From Bacteroidota bacterium (GTDB taxonomy: Bacteria > Bacteroidota > Bacteroidia > Bacteroidales > FEN-979): a stretch of DNA of 58,086 bases. The DNA lies in the NCBI GenBank assembly GCA_037141915.1, contig JBAXBP010000002.1:1-58086 (forward strand), written 5' to 3'. Under the pieces are notes generated by a model. It was not told the origin of the DNA. It did no database searches and saw nothing but the letters and a program-made list of their open reading frames with translations. Every line of letters starts with the position of its first letter. Positions within the stretch are counted from its first letter, which is position 1. Of this stretch, positions 41,716 through 51,058 are shown piece by piece. Position numbers and translations under genes: made by a program.

Positions 41716-42659
41716 TAAATGTTTAGTTCAACATTGATTGTGTCTATTCCTGCAGACCTGAATATTCCCCCGGCCCTTTCGGGATCCGTTGAGAATCCAA
41801 GCATGAAGCCTCCCCCTCCTGATCCGCACAGTTTAAGGTAAAAGCTGTCTTCGGCCAGTCCCCGGGCCCATATTTCACTTAGTTTTCCGGGTATCAGCCA
41901 ACTCATATTCTCCAGCTGGAACCGTGAAAGATCTTTAACAGCCCCGGTGAATGCCGCCCCGTTTCCATCGGCCAGGCAGGAAATACAAATGTTATTCAGC
42001 CTCCCGAGTTCTTCCCCTGGCCCTGGTCCCCCTGTGCCCTGCCTGAATTCTTTTACGGTTCTGCGGATGAGTACCGACGTTTCTTCCTTCTTTCCGGCAT
42101 CGGCAAGGAACACCTGCATCTCCGAAGGTATAGCACCACAGAGGTCTGCCTGAACTATACTTCCTGATCCCTGCAGCCTGAGCGGCATGTCAAGATAAGA
42201 CAACATGGGATCGAATCCCGAGCTAAGGCCATGGAACCACGATTCCATCAGGATAAAGAACGACCTGAGGGAACGCCGGTTTTCGTCGCCGGGACTCTCA
42301 ATGGAGCTTATAGGATCCCTTGCGTAATTGCCGTAAATTGCGGCACACAAGGCACCGGAGCTGCCGATCCCGCTCCTGGAAGGGATGTCAGATTCAAGAA
42401 ATAAACCCTTATCTATGTCCTCGCCGAGCTGATCAAGATCAAGGACATCTTTTATTTCCTTGTTGCTGCAGAGCCACTCATTATAATATTTTTCGAGGAC
42501 GCTGTTTCCCTGCCCTCGACCCTTCATGTTTTCTTCTGAAGGCAGGGCCAGGCTTGCCCCGAAACGCCTGAATGGCAATCCCAGGGCTTCATATCCCTGG
42601 AGCAGTGAATACTCCCCTATAAGAAGGATCTTCGACGGATATCTGCGCCCTGGTTTCAT
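41715..42659 (-). CDS. mvk: Mevalonate kinase (GHMP kinase)
   Basis: GHMP motifs KILLIGEYSLLQG, IPSRSGIGSSGALCAA and KLCGSGGGGFMLGF. It is the last gene of the mevalonate operon. Confidence 0.75.
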   Translation of the reverse strand: MKPGRRYPSKILLIGEYSLLQGYEALGLPFRRFGASLALPSEENMKGRGQGNSVLEKYYNEWLCSNKEIKDVLDLDQLGEDIDKGLFLESDIPSRSGIGSSGALCAAIYGNYARDPISSIESPGDENRRSLRSFFILMESWFHGLSSGFDPMLSYLDMPLRLQGSGSIVQADLCGAIPSEMQVFLADAGKKEETSVLIRRTVKEFRQGTGGPGPGEELGRLNNICISCLADGNGAAFTGAVKDLSRFQLENMSWLIPGKLSEIWARGLAEDSFYLKLCGSGGGGFMLGFSTDPERAGGIFRSAGIDTINVELNI

Positions 42660-44746
42660 ACTGCGTCGTTCTCCCGGGAAATACGGATGGGGCCTTCACC
42701 GCGCTTATCGTCTATGAAACGGCCGTCGGTACAAAATTCAAGGAGTTGTTCCCTGATAAAGTTTTTAATACTTAAGGAATGTGCTGCAGGATAAAGAAGG
42801 TGAACATTAGGGCCCGCATCGAGGGTGAAACAGGCAGGAAGCCCTTTCGTGCGCGCTTCTCTTATCTTTTGAATTACCTGCAGGGTTCCGGTATGCATCA
42901 GTATATTGCTGCCTTTGGATGTCATGATGAGTGAATGCAGGCTAAGGGCCTCGTTCTCGATCACTGAGGCAAACTGCTCAAAGTCGCCGGTCTGCATGGC
43001 CTGCAGGCATGCTGCAAGGTTTTGCCTGGCCTGTAAATATCTTGCTGATGCCAACGGATGCGAGTCCATCAATGCATGCCCTGCCGTACTCGGCAATGAC
43101 TTTGCTTCAGCCGAAACGATAAGGATAGCATCGTGAATTTCAAGGAAATCATTATGGACTGCCAATTTCAATGGTATCGCCCGTTCATCCGAAGAACCCT
43201 GTATCAGCGGGGTTTCACCCCATACGGTATATCCGCCGTAAACCGAGCGGCTCGCACTCCCGGAACCCAAACGGGCCAGGCCTGATGCAATCCGCCGGAA
43301 TTCATGATCAGAGAATTGCTTTCCAGAGATCATTTCATCGATATCGAGGACACAGAGGGTAAATGCCGAAAATCCTGAAGCGGATGAGGCTATGCCTGCA
43401 GAATCAGGAAAGCTGTTGCTTGTCTCCGCCTCGAAAGAATATCCATCAATCCAGGGGAACACCGGTTTCAGCACAGAGAGGAAGGTTTCAAGCCCGGGCA
43501 TGAAAGGATGAGCGGGATCGGCATTGACTGAGATCATCTCTCCGTTACCTCCCGGGATCGCTGTAAGGCATGTCCTGCTCACAGCCCTGGCCAGGGTCAT
43601 GCTCAGGGAGGGGTTCGCGGGGAGCTGCCTGCCCTTTTTACCCCAGTATTTTATAAATGCTATGTTCGACGGGCTTTCCCAGGTAACGCTGAGATTGCCT
43701 CCCCTGGTCAGGGCCGGGGATGAATGAATGACGGGGGCAACAATTTCATTCGGTTCACTGCAGATGTCATCGTAGGTGAACACCTCCGTTATCCCGTAAT
43801 CCTCAAGAATTTGTTCAACTACATCGATGGGCTGCATGCTTACGAACATGGCGAAATCGCCGCCCCATGCACCCAGTGATTTAACTGCACCGGGGAAATC
43901 CGGAAACCGGGTCTTCAGCACATCCCGGTGAAGGATGCGGCTTAATATGGCTTCATGTTCATGGACCAGTCTGCATAATTCTTCGGGACGTACTGCATTG
44001 CCTATGGCAAACGACAGTTCGGAGATCCTCGCGATATCTTCATTTAAAAATTTCGCTGAAGCTTTGAATTTCTCGACTTCAACCGGGCTGTCTTGTTTCT
44101 CACCAAGCCAGGCAAAATATGCATGGTTTTTAAGTGCTGTTCCCGGGCGCATGAGTGAAACAATGGCTTCTTCAGGGTTGAACCCATGCCCGGGATCAAG
44201 CTGATAAAATACCGGCCCTGCCGAGGATGCGCAGGCTATATCATAACCAGAACCATTGGAAACACTTTTATAAAGAGCGGCTGCACCGACCCCGGCCCAT
44301 TGTGCCACAAGGGATATAAGGCTTGAACTGCTGCCAAGCCCCCATTCCAGGGGATAATCGGCTGTCACTCTCACATTCCATCCCTGCCCTGGTTCAATGA
44401 ATGAGGGGTTGAGTATCCTTGCCTGCCTGAGCAGGTTTTCAAGGAATTTTGAAATTCCCTCCTTGCCTCTGAGTTCGGTGTCGGGTGAGACCACTTTAAG
44501 GGACTCCGAATCAATCACAGCACGGAACCACACCCCTGAGCTGTCCTCGCTGGTCCATTGCAGGAACCTCCCGCAAATTTTCTCCTGCTGCATCACCTGT
44601 CCGAATCTCAATGGAACAGCCAGGGCCCTGACTCCCGACAGCACAAGGTATTCCCCCGAGATTAGCAGTTTGCCTCTTGCAGTGAAAGTTGTTTCCCCTG
44701 CTTTCGAAATTGCAGATGCTTCTTTGGGTTCAGTTCGCGCTTGCAT
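42656..44746 (-). CDS. Fusion protein: GYDIA-motif GHMP kinase (candidate phosphomevalonate kinase) + diphosphomevalonate decarboxylase
   Basis: Residues about 20-328 carry KLLISGEYLVLSG, WGLGSSSSLISL, SGYDIACAS and GAWGGDFAMFV. Residues about 351-696 carry SPSNIAFIKYWGKK and AGIASSASGFSAF, typical of MVD. The reading frame is uninterrupted. Confidence 0.75.
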   Translation of the reverse strand: MQARTEPKEASAISKAGETTFTARGKLLISGEYLVLSGVRALAVPLRFGQVMQQEKICGRFLQWTSEDSSGVWFRAVIDSESLKVVSPDTELRGKEGISKFLENLLRQARILNPSFIEPGQGWNVRVTADYPLEWGLGSSSSLISLVAQWAGVGAAALYKSVSNGSGYDIACASSAGPVFYQLDPGHGFNPEEAIVSLMRPGTALKNHAYFAWLGEKQDSPVEVEKFKASAKFLNEDIARISELSFAIGNAVRPEELCRLVHEHEAILSRILHRDVLKTRFPDFPGAVKSLGAWGGDFAMFVSMQPIDVVEQILEDYGITEVFTYDDICSEPNEIVAPVIHSSPALTRGGNLSVTWESPSNIAFIKYWGKKGRQLPANPSLSMTLARAVSRTCLTAIPGGNGEMISVNADPAHPFMPGLETFLSVLKPVFPWIDGYSFEAETSNSFPDSAGIASSASGFSAFTLCVLDIDEMISGKQFSDHEFRRIASGLARLGSGSASRSVYGGYTVWGETPLIQGSSDERAIPLKLAVHNDFLEIHDAILIVSAEAKSLPSTAGHALMDSHPLASARYLQARQNLAACLQAMQTGDFEQFASVIENEALSLHSLIMTSKGSNILMHTGTLQVIQKIREARTKGLPACFTLDAGPNVHLLYPAAHSLSIKNFIREQLLEFCTDGRFIDDKRGEGPIRISRENDAV

Positions 44747-46043
44747 CGATGAAATGTTTTACTGCATCGTAACTGATCTTTTTTCCTGAAAAATATTCTT
44801 CCGCTTTTTTACGAGAGTCTGCATTCATATTCATGGAATTCAGGATATTGGAAAGATGCAGCCGCATATGGCCTTTCTGTATCCCTGTCGTGACAAGGCT
44901 TGTGAGTGCAGCAAAGTTACTGGCCAGGCCTGTTGAAGCCACAATGGCCATCAGCTCCCGGGCGTTGGGATTGCCTAGTATCTCAAGAGCAAGCCTTGCA
45001 AGGGGGTGGAGGTTGGTGATACCACCAACAGTTCCTATTGCGAGAGGGATGGTTAGTGAAATTGTAAGGATGCCGTTAACTGTACGGCAGCTGCTAAGGG
45101 AGCGGTACACCCCGTCCCTGGCGGCAAAGGCATGAGCGGCTGCTTCTGCCGCCCTGTAATCGTTCCCTGTTGCCATCAGCACCGCATCAACCCCGTTCAT
45201 GATTCCTTTGTTATGGGTAACGGCCCTGTAGGCATCCCCTTCGGCGATGGTATATGCCAGCATGATCTTCTCTGCAAATTCATCAACAGAAAGGTTCCCT
45301 GCAAAAGGCCTCAGTTCTGCCAGGCTGCAGGAGGCTTCAACTGTGACCCTGCAATTCTCATTGTAATTGCTCAATATGGACATGATGTGCTGGTAACGCC
45401 TTTCTTTCACATGGTTGTTCATGGCAAGGTAAGCCTCCATCCCCTCGGCCAGTTCTTCGAGGCAGGTGTTCATGAAATTGGCACCCATCGAATTCACTGT
45501 ATCCACTTCCAGCTCCAGCTTATAAAGCTTTTCCATGATCCCGCAGGCATCGATCAGCCTCAGGTTAAGCACACCGCCTCCCCTTCTTACCATGCTGGCC
45601 GTGGTCTTCTTCAGCCTGTCAAGAAGGAATAAATGAATATGGTCCCAGTGCTGATGCAGAAAACGAGGATCGGTGAACCAGCGGAAATACACATGCCCCA
45701 ATTTTACCGTTGATACCTGCTTTACAGTGAAGCCTCCCCTCTCGGCCCAGAAACGGGCTGCATGTGATGCGGCTGCAATGACCGAACTTTCTTCTATCGC
45801 CATCGGCACATGATATACCCTGCCGTCAACCATTACATTGGGCGCAATACCGAATGGAACATGGAAACTGCTGATGGTGTTTTCGCTGAGCTCGAGGAAA
45901 CTCTTTCGCGTGGCCGGATCTTCGGCCAGGTAACTTTCCATCTCCTGCTCCGTCGGTCCAGGCCAGCGGCATAAAGCTGCAATAAGACGCCTCTTTTCTG
46001 TATGGCTTAATTTTGAAAATCCCTTGATTATCCTGCCTTTCAT
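44730..46043 (-). CDS. mvaA: Class II hydroxymethylglutaryl-CoA reductase
   Basis: 437 aa with no membrane domain. Motifs ENTISSFHVPFG, NSMGANFMNT and AIGTVGG. Confidence 0.85.
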   Translation of the reverse strand: MKGRIIKGFSKLSHTEKRRLIAALCRWPGPTEQEMESYLAEDPATRKSFLELSENTISSFHVPFGIAPNVMVDGRVYHVPMAIEESSVIAAASHAARFWAERGGFTVKQVSTVKLGHVYFRWFTDPRFLHQHWDHIHLFLLDRLKKTTASMVRRGGGVLNLRLIDACGIMEKLYKLELEVDTVNSMGANFMNTCLEELAEGMEAYLAMNNHVKERRYQHIMSILSNYNENCRVTVEASCSLAELRPFAGNLSVDEFAEKIMLAYTIAEGDAYRAVTHNKGIMNGVDAVLMATGNDYRAAEAAAHAFAARDGVYRSLSSCRTVNGILTISLTIPLAIGTVGGITNLHPLARLALEILGNPNARELMAIVASTGLASNFAALTSLVTTGIQKGHMRLHLSNILNSMNMNADSRKKAEEYFSGKKISYDAVKHFIDASAN

Positions 46044-47041
46044 TCCTGTTCTTTTATCTTTAAAAATGCACGCGCAAACTTCAGGCCGCTGATCTGCCCG
46101 GCGATATACATCCGCAGGTCTTCATAGTCCCCCCTTGCCACGGCCAGAAAAGCTGATGCCTGCCCGAAAACAGCCGGTAACAGGCTCCTCGAAATATGAT
46201 AATACCCGTCGAGAAAATTCTTTATGCCTCCCGAGATGATGATCTGCCTGCACCCTGATCCCTTGCTTTCAGCAACCAGCCTGTTGATGGTTTCAATCAT
46301 ATCCGAAGCTGTGTTCCCTATCATTGCCAACGGACCGTAAAGCTCCCTCTGCCATGCGGTGCTGCGGGCCAGCTCAACTTTTGCAAAGTTCGTCCCCCCG
46401 AAAGCAGCCAGCTCAAATGCTTCAATGGGAAGGCTCATCACCCTGGCAATACTCACCGGGCCCATGCCCTGCCCCACTTCCTTAACAATCAATTTAAGCC
46501 TGCTCAACTCAAGAAATTCCTGAATGGTTTCAAAAGGAGGATTTTTCAAAACATCTCCTTCCATCTGTAACCATTCCTGCACCGGGTTAACATGAACGAT
46601 CAGGCCGTCGGCCCTTAAGCGTTCAACAAGTTCCACAAGCCTTCGCCAGCTGCCGTCAAACAGCATGTCTTCAAGCTGGACTATCCCTATATTGGCATAT
46701 AAGGGGAGCTCATCCCCGATTACCGGACGCATGTCAAAATCGGGCAGGTAAAGGTCGTTTGCAAGCAATATCCTGCAGGATCCCAGGCCCATTCCCATCC
46801 CGAACTCCCTGCATGCCCTTGCAAGATTGGTGTTGATGGTCCTGGCAAGCGCCGTACCCCCTGTCATGCTCGATACCCATATCGGCACCCTGAGGGTCTT
46901 CCCCAAAAATGTAAAAGGCGGTATCTCCCCCTGGCGGTGAGAGCCTGTCATAGGTTCATAATCAAACCTGCGGTCTATCTCTGCACCGGCTGCCTGAGAA
47001 GAAAATGCTAACTCAATATGGTCGTTTTTCCTGGCTTCCAT
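46040..47041 (-). CDS. fni: Type 2 isopentenyl-diphosphate delta-isomerase (FMN-dependent)
   Basis: N-terminal RKNDHI, SSMTGG, FGGTNFA, and an ISGGI FMN-binding tail. Confidence 0.88.
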   Translation of the reverse strand: MEARKNDHIELAFSSQAAGAEIDRRFDYEPMTGSHRQGEIPPFTFLGKTLRVPIWVSSMTGGTALARTINTNLARACREFGMGMGLGSCRILLANDLYLPDFDMRPVIGDELPLYANIGIVQLEDMLFDGSWRRLVELVERLRADGLIVHVNPVQEWLQMEGDVLKNPPFETIQEFLELSRLKLIVKEVGQGMGPVSIARVMSLPIEAFELAAFGGTNFAKVELARSTAWQRELYGPLAMIGNTASDMIETINRLVAESKGSGCRQIIISGGIKNFLDGYYHISRSLLPAVFGQASAFLAVARGDYEDLRMYIAGQISGLKFARAFLKIKEQE

Positions 47042-47058
47042 TAAACATAAAAAGCCAG

Positions 47059-47066
47059 CAAAGTTA
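47059..47066 (-). promoter_or_regulatory. -7 box TAACTTTG for the mevalonate operon
   Basis: Plus strand reads CAAAGTTA, 18 nt upstream of the fni ATG (47041). Confidence 0.55.
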
Positions 47067-47177
47067 ATTTAAATCAGTCTAAATAAAACAATAATTTAAA
47101 AATTACTGTGGATGTGATCCTCATCAGATCAATCGGGGTCCCTTCAGCTCAAATGCAGATGGATTGATACGCGCGTC

Positions 47178-48053
47178 TCAGCCTGAATGTGTTTGCCTGA
47201 ACTCCAGTACGGACTGCCCGGCGCCGGTTTTGAAAAATTTACTGAAATGGGAAGGGTCGTCAAAGCCCAGGTCAAATGCTATTTCCTTGCTGCTTTTTGC
47301 TGTGAAGACCGCCGTTCTTTTTGCTTCAAGGAGGATACGGTGTTGTATGAATTCCTTGGCGGAGGTGCCAACATTCAATTTGATCACTTCATTCAGATAA
47401 TTAGGGCTGACGTTCATGGCTCCTGCGTAATCCTTTACCTGGTGCCACCGGCTGAACCTGGTTTCCACGAGGTTTTTGAACCTCCTGACCATCGCTTTTC
47501 CAACTTCAATATCCTGGGTATTGGTATTTGGGAAAAGGCTGCAATGCGAATTGCATTCAATCAGGAAGAGTTTCAGGTATGCTCCCAGGGTTTCCAGTTT
47601 CATCTCCTGGTCCGAGGCATAGGCATCCTTAATATGGCTGGCAAACTGCAGGAGGTTCTCCAACCTGGGTCCCGAAAATGGCAAGGCAGGAGTTTCACTG
47701 CTGTCGCGGAAAAGCCTGAGATTGGAAATAAAATCTTCGCGTATGCTGTTCTTCATCAGGAACTCAGGCGTGAACAGGATAACCAGTCCCGTGGTTTCAG
47801 GGCCTGAAATGATTTGGTGGACCTGGTTCGGGCTAACAAAAAAGATATGATGCGGCAGTATAGGGTATTCATTGAAATCAACCACATGCCTTCCCGAACC
47901 GCTGAACGGCCAGATGACCGAATAATAATGATGACGGTGAGGATCATCGGCTATCCCCTGCTGGCGGTCGGCAATCTCTTCCATAGTCCTCAGAACAAAA
48001 GATGCCGGAATCCCGTTATCAAGCAACTCGAGGCTGTAAATTTTTTTCTGCAT
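47178..48053 (-). CDS. AraC family transcriptional regulator
   Basis: N-terminal cupin-like sensor and a C-terminal double HTH (YAGAMNVSPNYLNEVIK ... IAFDLGFDDPSHFSKFFK). Confidence 0.88.
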   Translation of the reverse strand: MQKKIYSLELLDNGIPASFVLRTMEEIADRQQGIADDPHRHHYYSVIWPFSGSGRHVVDFNEYPILPHHIFFVSPNQVHQIISGPETTGLVILFTPEFLMKNSIREDFISNLRLFRDSSETPALPFSGPRLENLLQFASHIKDAYASDQEMKLETLGAYLKLFLIECNSHCSLFPNTNTQDIEVGKAMVRRFKNLVETRFSRWHQVKDYAGAMNVSPNYLNEVIKLNVGTSAKEFIQHRILLEAKRTAVFTAKSSKEIAFDLGFDDPSHFSKFFKTGAGQSVLEFRQTHSG

Positions 48054-48100
48054 TATTTTTCCGAATGAAGGAGATCAGTTGCTTTGCACCTCACCGCCTG

Positions 48101-48607
48101 CTAATGTTTCACATCCAAAGTATCAATGGCGAATTTTACAGGAACGACCAGGCTTGATTCAATCGGTTTGCCATCAGTTTCGGCAGGTTTCCATTTCGGC
48201 ATGAGTTTTATCACCCTCACCGCCTCTTCATCGCAACCTGCTCCTATCCCCCTCATTGCAGAAACATTATCCACGGAGCCGTCCTCTTTAACAGTGAATC
48301 CTACGTACACCTTACCCTGGAGTTTTAACTTGAGCGCCTTGGGCGGATATTTCAGGTTCCTGTGAATGAACTGGAATATAGCCGGATTTCCACCGGGGAA
48401 TTCAGGCTGCCTGTCAATTTTCTTAAGTGTATAATCCTCCTCTTTCACAGGGTTGCCCTGGACTGGTTTTTGATGCCTTGGCGGAGACAGTACTGCAGGT
48501 CCTGCCTGTGATTCGTAAGAATTATACTGGGCACGACATGGCATACCGGTGACGATCCCTGCAAACATCAGTAACCCCAGAATCAGGGCTTGCATTGTCG
48601 TGTTCAT
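48101..48607 (-). CDS. TonB family energy transducer
   Basis: N-terminal anchor, Pro-rich linker, and C-terminal PEFPGG...KALKLKLQGKVYVGFTVKEDGSV TonB_C domain. The start is uncertain (48607-48646). Confidence 0.8.
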   Translation of the reverse strand: MNTTMQALILGLLMFAGIVTGMPCRAQYNSYESQAGPAVLSPPRHQKPVQGNPVKEEDYTLKKIDRQPEFPGGNPAIFQFIHRNLKYPPKALKLKLQGKVYVGFTVKEDGSVDNVSAMRGIGAGCDEEAVRVIKLMPKWKPAETDGKPIESSLVVPVKFAIDTLDVKH

Positions 48608-48651
48608 TGACCTTCCCTGTCCCATATATGAAACATAAATTCCCATCAGCA

Positions 48652-48659
48652 CAAACATA
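48652..48659 (-). promoter_or_regulatory. -7 box TATGTTTG upstream of tonB-araC
   Basis: Plus strand reads CAAACATA, 45 nt upstream of ATG 48607. Confidence 0.4.
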
Positions 48660-48748
48660 TAATAAATTTCAGGGACCGGCAATATTTTTCAAGGATTTGT
48701 TTATTACCGCGGATTTCCTCAAATTTGACAAGGCAAAATCCCCGGGGT

Positions 48749-49429
48749 ATGAAATTTTCGCTCAAAAAGATGTTCCGTGAAAATATCAAATGGAATATTG
48801 TTTTTCTTGCACTGGTTATTTTTACAGTGTTTTTCATCCCGGTTTTTTCAGTCACTCTTGAGAAAATCCTCTATGACCTGTCGTTCACTCTTATATTTTT
48901 TCTCGGATACATCACTTCCAACAGGAGACACCCTGTGTTTCTTCCATTATCGATCTGCGCCCTGATCCTGATCTGGGTTTCAGCAGTCTTTAAAATGCCA
49001 GTTTTATTTGCATTTTCTATTTCAATGAACATCCTGTTTTTCGTGATGGTTACCTGGTCACTGATAAGACATCTCATTGAATCAAAATCTGTCACTATAC
49101 GCCTGATATTTGATGCCATAATCATTTATCTCCTGATCGGGCTGATCTTTGCAATGATTGTAAGCCTGGTCGACAAATTTGATCCCGGGGCCTTCCGTTA
49201 TCCCGTTGCAGGAGGGAGCGCTCCCGTGTTTCATCTTAATGATTTTATTTATTTTACGTTTACCACCTTATCCACCACGGGTTATGGTGATATCATCCCC
49301 CTGAAACCTTATACCCGCTCCCTTTCCATCCTGATTGCCATTACAGGCCAGATGTATATCGCAATAATAATTTCCATGCTGGTGGGCAAGTATGCCGCCT
49401 CAGCCCGGGAAGACAGGAAGGATGAATAA
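48749..49429 (+). CDS. Potassium channel family protein (pore domain only)
   Basis: Selectivity filter TLSTTGYGD flanked by TM helices. No RCK or CNB domain follows. Confidence 0.8.
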   Translation: MKFSLKKMFRENIKWNIVFLALVIFTVFFIPVFSVTLEKILYDLSFTLIFFLGYITSNRRHPVFLPLSICALILIWVSAVFKMPVLFAFSISMNILFFVMVTWSLIRHLIESKSVTIRLIFDAIIIYLLIGLIFAMIVSLVDKFDPGAFRYPVAGGSAPVFHLNDFIYFTFTTLSTTGYGDIIPLKPYTRSLSILIAITGQMYIAIIISMLVGKYAASAREDRKDE

Positions 49430-49460
49430 GGTAATACTGAAGAAAAATCCTTTTTTTCGT

Positions 49461-50987
49461 TTATGGCTTCAGCCCGGCTTCAAGCCAGTCTTTTACAAAC
49501 TCAACCCAGATGTCAAGCTTGTCGAAAAGCTGCTCAGTAGGCGGATAAGGTATGATCACGTTCGGACTGATCCCGATATTATCGATTGGATTATCGGGAA
49601 GCCGGCGGGAACGGGTCATAGGATACCTCATATAGTATTTTCCTGAAGGCAGGTCAATAGGGACAGAATTGGAATAATCAAGCACTCCTGCCGTATTCTG
49701 ATTACCGAATAAGGTGACTTTCTTACTTGTTTTTGCAGCCAGGAGAAACTGCTCGGCTGAAGATCCGTTGCCTTCATTGATGATGATGCCGACCTGCCGG
49801 GGATTCCGGTAGACAGTATCTTCTTTTACAATTTTATCTTTACCCATCATCGGATGGACCACATACCCCCCGGGATTCTTTTTCATTTCATCCAGCAAAA
49901 CCTTTGTCCATTTTATGTCCTCAGAGCTTTGGCCCTGGACGGGATTTTTCAGTGCATCTTCATACAATTTAATATTATCCTCACAGGCATACCATTCGAC
50001 CCCTTTACTAAAATAAGGATCGGTATAGATCAGGCTGAAAAGCAACTGCCATTCATCGTCCTGCCCGCCCCCGTTGTTCCTCAGGTCAATGACCAGGTTG
50101 GGCCTCGTCATTATATCCTGCCAGTGATCCCTGATCACTTTTTCAATCTTATCTTTAAACCCGTCGAAGCCGTTAGCCCTGATAAAGAAGGTGCTGTCGC
50201 TCAGGATCCCAAAGGTGAAAAAGGTGTTGCGTCCGTTAGGGTGAAGCGGTATATAGGACTTCATAAGGGCCAGGTCGTTCCTTGGCGAAGCCGATTTCCT
50301 GACCAGGAAACTCTGGTCGTGTATCTCAAGCACATGCCTGTTCACATGCAGGCTGGCCATGGTTTTCCTGACCCTCGCCCCTTTCCAGGTAGTATGCAGT
50401 TTTACTTTGAAGAGGGTATCGCCTGCCGGCGGATTGCTAAGCCCGTCTGTTCCTGCTGCTCCCGTCGGTGCGAATTCAAACATCACCTGCCCGGGCTTCC
50501 ATCCACGGTAACTCACCGAAATACCAAGGTAATTCCGAGTTGCAGTATCCCTTATAACAGCCATCTCTCCCCAGCCCGAAATCCATAGCCCTTCAGGGGT
50601 CCGCGATCCGGCAGTCCTCCTGAAAAGCTCAATGGTATCGACGGAAATATTCCTGCCGTAACTGGAAGTGTCTTCCTCCACCCAATCCTTGTCAGGTCCC
50701 GGGTTCACGCGAACCTTGAGATGATGGTCAGTGAAAAATCCGCAGTACTCATCCAGGTATAGCCAGCATGAATCTGGATACTTTTCAATCTTTTTCCGGA
50801 GGTCCTGCTCCAGGCGGGCAAGCTCCGTCACCTTATCCCCCCTGATCTTGACATCATAACCGGGGTAATCTGCCCTGATCTTTTTGACCACAAAATCGAA
50901 ATCGGTAAGACATGACGATTGCTGTGAAACAGCAACGCTCCCGCCGAGCAGCAGGACGAACAATGGAAGAAATGATTTTTTTAACAT
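49461..50987 (-). CDS. Secreted S41 family peptidase (non-PDZ, tricorn-core-like)
   Basis: Signal peptide, plus DLRNNGGG and GNGSSAEQF serine motifs. Confidence 0.8.
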   Translation of the reverse strand: MLKKSFLPLFVLLLGGSVAVSQQSSCLTDFDFVVKKIRADYPGYDVKIRGDKVTELARLEQDLRKKIEKYPDSCWLYLDEYCGFFTDHHLKVRVNPGPDKDWVEEDTSSYGRNISVDTIELFRRTAGSRTPEGLWISGWGEMAVIRDTATRNYLGISVSYRGWKPGQVMFEFAPTGAAGTDGLSNPPAGDTLFKVKLHTTWKGARVRKTMASLHVNRHVLEIHDQSFLVRKSASPRNDLALMKSYIPLHPNGRNTFFTFGILSDSTFFIRANGFDGFKDKIEKVIRDHWQDIMTRPNLVIDLRNNGGGQDDEWQLLFSLIYTDPYFSKGVEWYACEDNIKLYEDALKNPVQGQSSEDIKWTKVLLDEMKKNPGGYVVHPMMGKDKIVKEDTVYRNPRQVGIIINEGNGSSAEQFLLAAKTSKKVTLFGNQNTAGVLDYSNSVPIDLPSGKYYMRYPMTRSRRLPDNPIDNIGISPNVIIPYPPTEQLFDKLDIWVEFVKDWLEAGLKP

Positions 50988-51058
50988 GGCATGAAGTTCT
51001 TACACAAAAATAATAATTTAATATCTTTACTTAAATTTTATTCATGCCGGTTCGCAAA

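Noticed and set aside
47187-47807. 206-aa plus-strand ORF.
   Set aside because: It is antisense to the AraC regulator, whose HTH motifs are unambiguous. It is a shadow ORF.
49854-50588. 244-aa plus-strand ORF.
   Set aside because: It is antisense to the S41 peptidase (49461-50987), which has a signal peptide and catalytic motifs. It has no independent promoter box and no recognisable domain.
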